33,844 bases of DNA from a virus (Duplodnaviria; Caudoviricetes), in the IMG/VR virus record IMGVR_UViG_3300030330_002667, positions 1-33,844 of that record. One strand, 5' to 3'. The position numbers and the translations under genes are program-made. The notes beneath the pieces are model-generated. The model saw nothing but the letters and a program-made list of their open reading frames with translations. It searched no databases and was not told the DNA's origin. Below are positions 27,594-33,844 of the stretch, piece after piece. Position 1 is the first letter of the stretch. The number at the start of each line of letters is the position of its first letter.

Positions 27594-27818
27594 ATGTCAA
27601 ACATACTAACTGAAAGAGAATCACGATTAGCAGTTGTGCTATTTGAGATGCTAAAACCACAAATCGAAAAGATGATTGATGACAAGCTTGATGGCTTCAA
27701 AGAGTCTGAAATAAATGACTCATCAAGTTTTGATATCGGAGAATACACTTCAGAGATCAATGACATGATTGAAGATTATGTTCGATACAATATCACTATC
27801 ACTTCAACAATAGACTAA
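27594..27818 (+). CDS. Hypothetical acidic protein
   Basis: 74 aa, RBS AAGGAGAAC. Confidence 0.8.
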   Translation: MSNILTERESRLAVVLFEMLKPQIEKMIDDKLDGFKESEINDSSSFDIGEYTSEINDMIEDYVRYNITITSTID

Positions 27819-27828
27819 GGAGAACGCA

Positions 27829-28209
27829 ATGATAATTACATACAACAAAAAGAAATATCCTGACATGACAACACATCAGATGATGGGTTGGGGTGGATTC
27901 ATTCCGCTTTGGATAACTGAATGGAACTTAAGGCGCACTTGCTTTGCCATTCAAGAAACTTTGTTTGATCATCTTCATACTCAGTACGAAGCTCGTTCTG
28001 GTATGGGGATAAAAGGTAGAGAAATAACTGGTGAGCTAGATGACAAAGGTATTCTTCGTCATCCAGAAGACCCACCCATGTATCCATTTATGACATGGGA
28101 TACTGAAGAAGGTTCAGTTTACTTCTATCCTTATTCAGTAATGGGTATTCCACTTGAGCGACCAAGCATTACTACTGGTCAAACACATTATGTAACGAGG
28201 ATGGACTAA
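27829..28209 (+). CDS. Hypothetical protein
   Basis: 126 aa, RBS AAGGAGAAC. Confidence 0.8.
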   Translation: MIITYNKKKYPDMTTHQMMGWGGFIPLWITEWNLRRTCFAIQETLFDHLHTQYEARSGMGIKGREITGELDDKGILRHPEDPPMYPFMTWDTEEGSVYFYPYSVMGIPLERPSITTGQTHYVTRMD

Positions 28210-28433
28210 TGGGTAGATCAACACCTAAATTTACACGCAGAGACTTTGAGTTTATTGCTGACCACATCATGCCTTACATGAGTTGGGCTACTGGCATTGA
28301 GCAAGTAGCCAATGAACTCAAGCGCACCAATCCAAATTTTGATTGGGACAAATTCGTAGATCGTGCTACCAAGAACTGGGAAGAAGAACATTTACGAGGT
28401 CAGGAGAACTTATATGACGACATCCCATACTAA
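28209..28433 (+). CDS. Hypothetical protein
   Basis: 74 aa, TAATG-coupled; FTRRDF...TNPNFDWDKF motif; acidic DDIPY tail. Confidence 0.75.
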   Translation: MGRSTPKFTRRDFEFIADHIMPYMSWATGIEQVANELKRTNPNFDWDKFVDRATKNWEEEHLRGQENLYDDIPY

Positions 28434-28593
28434 ACTTTGTAAGGAATGTGGTGGTGATGGGTACATCGAGTATGATGTACCCAAACCTCACGGATTTGAC
28501 AGAGATGTTGGATACATAGATAGTGCTACCGAAGTATGCCCTGAGTGTCAGGGTCTTGGTATTGCATATGAAGAAGAGGATATTAGTTTCTAA
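28414..28593 (+). CDS. DnaJ-type CxxCxGxG zinc-finger protein (59 aa)
   Basis: CKECGGDG and CPECQGLG; ATG 28414 preceded by GGAGAAC, preferred over the track start at 28363. Confidence 0.8.
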   Translation: MTTSHTKLCKECGGDGYIEYDVPKPHGFDRDVGYIDSATEVCPECQGLGIAYEEEDISF

Positions 28594-28848
28594 TTGCCCA
28601 ACACAAGGTTGTCTCACAACTACAATGCTATGATAGATATGTTAGTAGCAGCGAGACATGAACAGAGATTAAGCCAGCCACAGCTGGCAAATATCATAGG
28701 CTGTACCGAATCTTTGATTCACAAATGGGAGCAGCACAAGAGAGTACCGTCTGGTTTCTTTCTTATGTGTTGGTTAGAGGCATTAGGATATGACATCGAA
28801 GTCACGAAAAAAGAAGACAACAATAACGTGCGTCAGTTGCGAAAGTAA
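28594..28848 (+). CDS. XRE/Cro-family HTH transcriptional regulator
   Basis: RHEQRLSQPQLANIIGCTESLIHKWEQHKRVPS; start uncertain (TTG 28594 or ATG 28630). Confidence 0.85.
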   Translation: MPNTRLSHNYNAMIDMLVAARHEQRLSQPQLANIIGCTESLIHKWEQHKRVPSGFFLMCWLEALGYDIEVTKKEDNNNVRQLRK

Positions 28849-29110
28849 AACGGAATGGTTTGTTGCTATACTAAAAAACAATAGTGAAAGAACAATGGAG
28901 AAGCATTGGTATGTGTGTCTCCATTGCTATGAGGAGGACAGATGGCAAATCGTAACAAGTCAAAAGGAACATACCACGAAAAATGGTTTGTCGATTGGCT
29001 CAACAAAATCAAGGCGCAGATCAAAGCGAAACGCGTCCCCCTCTCAGGAAGTTTGGGAGGCGAGTATTCAGGGGACATCCACCTCGACATCAATGGACAA
29101 CGATTGGTAG
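28790..29110 (+). CDS. Putative zinc-finger protein overlapping both neighbours
   Basis: CVSC...CLHC pair; fills the 28849-28941 gap; GAGG upstream. Confidence 0.5.
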   Translation: MTSKSRKKKTTITCVSCESKTEWFVAILKNNSERTMEKHWYVCLHCYEEDRWQIVTSQKEHTTKNGLSIGSTKSRRRSKRNASPSQEVWEASIQGTSTSTSMDNDW

Positions 29111-29301
29111 GTGAGGTAAAGTATAGGGATACATCTAATTTCCCTAGCCCCTTCAAAGTATTAGAAGGCAGGGACATTGCCTTTTATAAAAGACGGAGAG
29201 GAACTCCGCAAACGTTGGTCATCATGACTGGCAATCAATTTAAACAACTAATGGAGAACAACAATGGAATCTCAAAACAAACTAATCAAGAAACATCTTG
29301 A
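28942..29301 (+). CDS. PD-(D/E)xK Holliday junction resolvase-like nuclease
   Basis: NKSKGTYHE...RVPLSG...GD...EVKYR motif; RBS GAGGAGG. Confidence 0.8.
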   Translation: MANRNKSKGTYHEKWFVDWLNKIKAQIKAKRVPLSGSLGGEYSGDIHLDINGQRLVGEVKYRDTSNFPSPFKVLEGRDIAFYKRRRGTPQTLVIMTGNQFKQLMENNNGISKQTNQETS

Positions 29302-29464
29302 AGATGGTCACACCATCACAGCAATCGAAGCATTAGAAATGTTTAAATGCTTTCGTTTGGCATCAAGAATATCTGATCTCAAGCAAGCTGGTTGTGTTAT
29401 CGACAGTCAATTCATCGAAGTCGAGAGCGGAAAGAAAGTCAAAGAGTATTGGATTGCACAATGA
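29264..29464 (+). CDS. Winged-helix HTH protein
   Basis: ITAIEALEMFKCFRLASRISDLKQAG motif; RBS GGAGAAC. Confidence 0.8.
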   Translation: MESQNKLIKKHLEDGHTITAIEALEMFKCFRLASRISDLKQAGCVIDSQFIEVESGKKVKEYWIAQ

Positions 29465-29820
29465 AATCATTAGGTCGTGCTGTAGAAGATAGTGTGTGGT
29501 CTCAAAGCTTGAGCCGCACACCACATGAGATCTATGCAAAAGATAGAGAGAAACAAAGAGAGAGCAGAATGCACTGGACTCCTGACACTCTCAAAATTAT
29601 GGCCGAGCGTATCCTCGAACGCAAACCAGTTGGTCATAATTATCTTTGGGGTCGAGAAGCTATTGAAATGATTAATAAAAATCTAATCATGGAAAGCGAT
29701 CTCGAGCCCCATCGAAGAGCATATGCCAAATCACTACGTGAGACTTACAGTGGTGATACAGCTGACATCATGCTGCTCGAACTCATGACTCAGCATGAAA
29801 AAGTAAAAGAAATGACGTAA
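29461..29820 (+). CDS. Hypothetical protein (119 aa)
   Basis: ATGA overlap at 29461-29464 favours this start over 29392. Confidence 0.7.
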   Translation: MKSLGRAVEDSVWSQSLSRTPHEIYAKDREKQRESRMHWTPDTLKIMAERILERKPVGHNYLWGREAIEMINKNLIMESDLEPHRRAYAKSLRETYSGDTADIMLLELMTQHEKVKEMT

Positions 29821-29825
29821 CGTCA
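29813..29825. promoter_or_regulatory. Palindromic operator TGACGTAACGTCA
   Basis: Perfect 6-1-6 palindrome upstream of the exonuclease gene. Confidence 0.7.
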
Positions 29826-29889
29826 CAAACTGTTACCCTATCGTTTGTGGTAGGGTAACAAAACAAAAATAATAAATGGAGAACGTAAC

Positions 29890-30666
29890 ATGGAACGCAA
29901 AGGTTTCATTGGTGGTAGTGACTGCACCAAAATTATGGAAGGCCATTGGCTAGAACTATGGAAGGTAAAGACAGGTCGTGAAGAACCAGAGTCTTTACTA
30001 CGCAACTTACCTGTTCAGCTTGGTAATCATACTGAGAACTTCAATCTTAAATGGTTTGCAATGCATGAAGCAAAAGCTGTTGTTGCACATCAACGTGAGT
30101 TTACTGGGACTATTGGAACAGTGCCAGTCAAAGCTACAATCGATGGTGCTATACAAGGTGAAAGAAATATTATTGAAGCCAAGCACACCAATAACTTTTA
30201 TAACATGGACAAGATGTTGGACAGATACATGCCACAGATACAGTTGTACTGTCACATGGCAAAGGCAGAGGGTGTCTATCTGTCTGTAATATTTGGTAAT
30301 AGTAACTGGGAGTGTGTGCATGTCGCATATGACGAAGAGTATTTCAATTCTATGTGGGCAGTGGTGTCTGACTTCTGGGGTTACGTTGTACGCGATGAGG
30401 AGCCAGTTGATATCAACACACCAAACATCTCAAGAGTATCAATTGCGTTGGACGATATGGTCACACGAGATGCATCAACCGACAACCAATTCGTTGACGC
30501 AGCCGTTACCTACATCCACGGATACGAACAAAACAGAGTCTTCAAGAATGCTGAGAAAGATCTCAAGCAAATGGTCGGTGATAACGAACGAGAAGTTTTC
30601 TGCGACCAACTCACCGTCAAGCGTGACAAGCGCGGACATCTTAGAATAACAAGGAGAACCAAATGA
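29890..30666 (+). CDS. YqaJ/lambda-exonuclease-like recombination nuclease
   Basis: RKGFIGGSD...LWKVKTG...ATIDG...IIEAK...QIQLY motifs. Confidence 0.92.
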   Translation: MERKGFIGGSDCTKIMEGHWLELWKVKTGREEPESLLRNLPVQLGNHTENFNLKWFAMHEAKAVVAHQREFTGTIGTVPVKATIDGAIQGERNIIEAKHTNNFYNMDKMLDRYMPQIQLYCHMAKAEGVYLSVIFGNSNWECVHVAYDEEYFNSMWAVVSDFWGYVVRDEEPVDINTPNISRVSIALDDMVTRDASTDNQFVDAAVTYIHGYEQNRVFKNAEKDLKQMVGDNEREVFCDQLTVKRDKRGHLRITRRTK

Positions 30667-31124
30667 CTACAAAAACTAAAACAAATATTATCAAGCTGCT
30701 CATGGATGCACGTGCAGCAATACAGCCTATCAAAAAGAGCGGTACTAATCCACACTTCAGAAGCAAGTACGCTACGCTCGAAGGTGTGATCGAAGCAGTC
30801 ACTGAGCCACTAGCAAAGCATGGCTTTCTATTGATCCATCGATCAACACAAAACGAGCATGGCATGACCATCACAACAGAGCTTGTGCATGAGTCAGGCG
30901 AAAGCTTTGTTACTGCAATACCTCTTGTGCTAGGCAAGAATGATATGCAAGGATTGGGTAGTGCAATTACATATGCACGACGCTATGGCATCATGTCTCT
31001 TCTAAACCTCCCTGCGGAAGACGATGATGGTAACCAAGCATCAAAGGGTGCGGCACCGAACCCCACAAATTCGGGTGACGCACCCCGACCCAAAACAATA
31101 AACGCAAGTAATACAAATTGGTAA
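30663..31124 (+). CDS. erf: ERF-family single-strand annealing protein
   Basis: NPHFRSKYATL...HESGE...QGLGSAITYARRY...EDDDG. Confidence 0.95.
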   Translation: MTTKTKTNIIKLLMDARAAIQPIKKSGTNPHFRSKYATLEGVIEAVTEPLAKHGFLLIHRSTQNEHGMTITTELVHESGESFVTAIPLVLGKNDMQGLGSAITYARRYGIMSLLNLPAEDDDGNQASKGAAPNPTNSGDAPRPKTINASNTNW

Positions 31125-31145
31125 TTCTTGGGGATAATCCTATGA

Positions 31146-31154
31146 TGCTATAAT
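31146..31154 (+). promoter_or_regulatory. Extended -10 promoter upstream of ssb
   Basis: TGCTATAAT matches TGnTATAAT in an intergenic gap. Confidence 0.65.
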
Positions 31155-31219
31155 AACCTGATCGAGGGGCAGGTTCCCCAAGAACCCCTCACCAACACTA
31201 AACAAAAGGAGTCAGAAGC

Positions 31220-31624
31220 TTGACAGAATATGATAACAACAATAGTGGTGTTGCATTCCCACCTTTCGAAGACATGAAAATGATATTGCAAGGCAAAGTA
31301 AATGTAGAGGGTCGTGATTCTAAGTGCGTGGTTGTACGCAGAGTCACACAGTCTGGCATGGAAGTCATGGAAGTGTACGAGAAAGTTGGTGTTATGTTTA
31401 AAAACGACAACGCCAAAGAGAACGCACCAGATTACACTGGTAAAGTCTATGACACAGCAGACAAGCAAATGCCTTGGACTGCACCATATACAGACAAACG
31501 ACTGGCAGCATGGAGAAGAATGAAAGATGGCAAGCCTTACATGTCATTCGTTTTATCTGATCCACAAAATAAAAATGATGAACAGTCAAATAATTCCTTG
31601 CCTGTTGATGAGATACCGTTTTAA
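31220..31624 (+). CDS. ssb: Putative single-stranded DNA-binding protein
   Basis: NAPDYTG...AAW...PYMSF motif, acidic DEIPF tail, follows exo-erf; TTG start with RBS AAGGAG. Confidence 0.65.
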   Translation: MTEYDNNNSGVAFPPFEDMKMILQGKVNVEGRDSKCVVVRRVTQSGMEVMEVYEKVGVMFKNDNAKENAPDYTGKVYDTADKQMPWTAPYTDKRLAAWRRMKDGKPYMSFVLSDPQNKNDEQSNNSLPVDEIPF

Positions 31625-31728
31625 TTAGAGGCACGTTCTCCAAGAGAGTGCGCTCACACTGCTCAACATGCCTGTTAGCCTCGCTGCTCTCTTGTTACTT
31701 GCCAGCCCTTTGGGGCTGGCCTTTTTTT
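31625..31728 (+). ncRNA. Candidate 3'UTR-derived sRNA carrying anti-SD seed GUUCUCC
   Basis: Non-coding hairpin 31628-31655 containing the complement of the early-gene RBS motif; ends in a terminator; expression not shown. Confidence 0.45.
31701..31728 (+). terminator. Intrinsic terminator
   Basis: GCCAGCCC-TTTG-GGGCTGGC then C and T7. Confidence 0.92.
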
Positions 31729-31742
31729 GGAGTAATTAAACT

Positions 31743-32072
31743 ATGGATTTAACAGACGAAACAAAAGAATTAATACGTGAAGAAGTATATGAGTATCTTA
31801 AAAATGAACCAATAAGATTCTCTGAAGAATACACAGAAAATATTCAATCATCTATTGAAGACTACTTCATGTATATAAAACAAGTATTAGAAGATGAACA
31901 TTCTACACTTGAATCATTAGAAATAAGTAACGCAGCAATGACTATGCAAGCTATGTATTTACTTGTGTCATGTTGTTTAGAAGAAATATTACCAAGAGTT
32001 TATTTAAAACCAGAATGGTTGCGAAGCGAAGGCTGGGAAGAATTTATAAAAAAAGCTAAAAAAGGAAAATAA
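31743..32072 (+). CDS. Hypothetical acidic protein (AT-rich)
   Basis: 109 aa, RBS GGAG. Confidence 0.75.
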   Translation: MDLTDETKELIREEVYEYLKNEPIRFSEEYTENIQSSIEDYFMYIKQVLEDEHSTLESLEISNAAMTMQAMYLLVSCCLEEILPRVYLKPEWLRSEGWEEFIKKAKKGK

Positions 32073-32074
32073 AA

Positions 32075-32359
32075 ATGTCACCACTAGAACAAATGATAGC
32101 AGATGCTAAAGTATGCAACGATAAGTTGTATAAAATAGAGGGTAAAATGAATGTACACAAAAGGCGCGGCAAACTATCGAGCGGAAGTAAGCCGAAGCAG
32201 ACACCACGATCTGCCACGTTTGGTGAGGGATGGCGCAACAGCCCCCTCACTGAACGAGAGATTGATGATATAAAATATTTTCTAAGCAAAGACTGGTGCG
32301 TAGGATCTACAGCAAAGATTGTAGGTGTCAGCATGAGTACAGTAAAGAAGTACATGTAA
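32075..32359 (+). CDS. Hypothetical protein with C-terminal HTH
   Basis: LTEREIDDI...VGSTAKIVGVSMSTVKKY. Confidence 0.7.
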   Translation: MSPLEQMIADAKVCNDKLYKIEGKMNVHKRRGKLSSGSKPKQTPRSATFGEGWRNSPLTEREIDDIKYFLSKDWCVGSTAKIVGVSMSTVKKYM

Positions 32360-32589
32360 TGGAGTTCTTCTATACGCTATTGGTTATTGGTTACGAAGTA
32401 GCAGAAAATCCAACACATGTAATAGTTGTTTTTGATGACTATGATTCTTGTCAGCAATCACTAGTCATAGCAGATCCTCTGTACAATTACATAGATGCAT
32501 ACGAGATGTACTGCATAGAAAGTGACGTAACGTCACGAATTATTATGCCAAAGCCTAGACCGAAAGCTCAAAGTGAGGCGCATCAATAA
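32359..32589 (+). CDS. Hypothetical protein (76 aa)
   Basis: TAATG coupling gives start MEFFYTLLVIG; two Cys and a PKPRP tail. Confidence 0.7.
   Translation: MEFFYTLLVIGYEVAENPTHVIVVFDDYDSCQQSLVIADPLYNYIDAYEMYCIESDVTSRIIMPKPRPKAQSEAHQ
32522..32536. promoter_or_regulatory. Palindromic operator GTGACGTAACGTCAC
   Basis: 7-1-7 palindrome with the same core as 26395 and 29813. Confidence 0.6.
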
Positions 32590-33016
32590 ACGGACGTCTA
32601 CCTTGTGACCTTCGAAGATCGATGTATTCATTCATTGCATCTTCCATTGTGCCTTCGTATTCACCGATTGAGTTGATGTGCCAAGCAGCACCCCAACGCA
32701 CATGAATGCCAAGATCATTTGCCGCTTGCTTGATGGCATCCGCAATATCATCGTAGAGATTAAGTTCCCAAGATACTCTTGATCCTACGTAAGCTACTGT
32801 ATCTATTGCAATTCCTTCGAGGTGTTTGCTTTTCATGGTTTGAGATGCACCCTTGTCTACAAGCTGACGCTGTTGCTCCATTGTTCGAAGACCACCCAAG
32901 TGTGGTATTCCAAAGTCAACCTTGGTGATACCAATTGCATACTTTGCAATAGCTACCATGTTTTCATCAACACCTTCGAGGCGATCTAAACTTCTTTGAC
33001 TTAACTTGAATGTCAT
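32555..33016 (-). CDS. Endolysin, peptidase M15 (L-Ala-D-Glu peptidase-like)
   Basis: LSQRSLDRLEGV, GLRT, SKHLEGIAID (SxHxxGxAxD) and DAPHFEL. Confidence 0.93.
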   Translation of the reverse strand: MTFKLSQRSLDRLEGVDENMVAIAKYAIGITKVDFGIPHLGGLRTMEQQRQLVDKGASQTMKSKHLEGIAIDTVAYVGSRVSWELNLYDDIADAIKQAANDLGIHVRWGAAWHINSIGEYEGTMEDAMNEYIDLRRSQGRRPFIDAPHFELSV

Positions 33017-33354
33017 TTCTTTAGTCCTTTCATTGTACGAATACCAAAGCTTGCAGCTATTGAAGCATACATAGCCCAGCTAAACCACTGAGGCGCAGCC
33101 TGAAGATTCTCAAAGCCCTGCTTCATGTATGGTTGTAGCCAAGGTACGAAGCTACCTAACACGATTGCGATAAAGCATAATGTCCATGCTTCGTCTTTCC
33201 AGCTATCTGCGCTGGCCTCTATAGCAGCTTGCTCCCAGCTAATTTCACCAGTAGCAATCTTCATTTTAGTTTCAGCTTCAGCAGCTTTGACCTTTGCTTT
33301 GCTGTCAATAAATGTTGTAGCTAAGTTTGCTACGCTGGAAAGTATTCCAATCAT
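33013..33354 (-). CDS. Putative holin
   Basis: SWKDE followed by two TM helices and ASFGIR basic tail; ATGA-coupled to the endolysin. Confidence 0.75.
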   Translation of the reverse strand: MIGILSSVANLATTFIDSKAKVKAAEAETKMKIATGEISWEQAAIEASADSWKDEAWTLCFIAIVLGSFVPWLQPYMKQGFENLQAAPQWFSWAMYASIAASFGIRTMKGLKK

Positions 33355-33575
33355 GACGCACCCCTATCTGTTTTTGCTTCTTTGTTCATCCATATTCCAA
33401 AGCAACCAGTAAGCGCACCCATGCAAACAGATACTAAACCAGCAGCTTGTGTAATGTTAGGAAAATCAGGTGGCAAAGACATGTACCAATGCACCGCTTG
33501 ATAAGTAAGAATAGTAACTACTAACATCATCAACCTAGGAAAAATTTTATAATCATCAATTATTGTCGAGGCCAT
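33351..33575 (-). CDS. Small two-TM membrane protein (lysis cassette)
   Basis: IFPRLMMLVVTIL and AGLVSVCMGALTGCFGIW helices. Confidence 0.7.
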   Translation of the reverse strand: MASTIIDDYKIFPRLMMLVVTILTYQAVHWYMSLPPDFPNITQAAGLVSVCMGALTGCFGIWMNKEAKTDRGAS

Positions 33576-33678
33576 TGGAATATTCCTTTGCTATTCTTCT
33601 GTCACTTGTTTGTATAACTAGCTTTCCGTCATCTGTATATACTACGAACCTATTGTATTTAATCTCTACTAACTTCAC
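33556..33678 (-). CDS. Small hypothetical protein (40 aa; not in ORF track)
   Basis: Manual translation from GTG: MKLVEIKYNRFVVYTDDGKLVIQTSDRRIAKEYSNGLDNN*; fills the gap. Confidence 0.55.
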   Translation of the reverse strand: MKLVEIKYNRFVVYTDDGKLVIQTSDRRIAKEYSNGLDNN

Positions 33679-33681
33679 AGT

Positions 33682-33844
33682 TTATCTAAAATAACTTCTT
33701 ATGTCTAACCACCCCATATAATGCAGATATAGCGTAGAGCCAACAACAGAGGCTGTGATAAGCAAAACTATTCCAGCTATGGTCAACATCATCTCTTGTC
33801 TTTCCTGTGCCTCACGCCTCATCCTAGCCTCTAGTTCACGCTTT
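33682..33844 (-). CDS. 3' part of the junction-spanning protein that starts at 387
   Basis: In frame with 1-387 through the 100-bp overlap; stop TAA at 33682-33684. Confidence 0.8.
   Translation of the reverse strand, partial: KRELEARMRREAQERQEMMLTIAGIVLLITASVVGSTLYLHYMGWLDIRSYFR
33745..33844. repeat. Terminal direct repeat, right copy
   Basis: Matches 1-100, with 98 bp exact (3-100 = 33747-33844). Confidence 0.95.

Noticed and set aside
31125-31190. Known self-cleaving ribozyme or riboswitch
   Set aside because: Pseudoknot-like pairings are present, but I could not match HDV, twister, pistol, hammerhead or SAM consensus cores by eye
32694-32702. Fifth late-promoter motif (TGTGCGTTG) in the endolysin gene
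   Set aside because: Lacks the leading T, is intragenic, and has no downstream - strand gene to drive
571-33412. Numerous short antisense or shadow ORFs in the ORF track (e.g. 2757-3050, 3791-4216, 6064-6414, 24891-25274, 30007-30321)
   Set aside because: They lie opposite or inside well-supported genes and lack RBS or motifs
33745-33844. Biological T7-like direct terminal repeat
   Set aside because: It is a round 100 bp and cuts through a coding gene, which fits assembly overlap of a circular or permuted genome better
1-33844. tRNA, CRISPR array, IS element, integrase/att site
   Set aside because: No cloverleaf, regularly spaced repeat array, transposase or recombinase motif was seen by eye

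Overview
The window is an apparently complete, circularly permuted genome of a small marine-type podovirus. The unit length is 33,744 bp, and bases 1-100 recur at 33745-33844 with one mismatch. A leftward (- strand) late arm runs terS, a cluster of small basic proteins, terL, portal, scaffold, major capsid, tail tubular proteins A/B, three ejection proteins, a split tail-fibre module, and holin plus M15 endolysin. A rightward (+ strand) early arm (26876-32589) encodes HTH regulators, a Holliday-junction resolvase, YqaJ exonuclease, ERF and an SSB-like protein. I recognise no DNA polymerase, primase, helicase, RNA polymerase or integrase. Gene order resembles HTVC010P-type and roseophage podoviruses (inference). 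The most interesting signals are non-coding: (1) six early genes share an extended RBS, GGAGAAC, and its exact complement lies in a terminator-bounded hairpin 3' of ssb, a candidate anti-Shine-Dalgarno sRNA switch; (2) a palindromic operator TGACGTWACGTCA recurs across the early arm; (3) a TTGTGCGTT motif precedes four late modules; (4) a roughly 350-nt multi-hairpin element lies in the divergent control region. All family assignments are from motif recognition by eye, not database searches.
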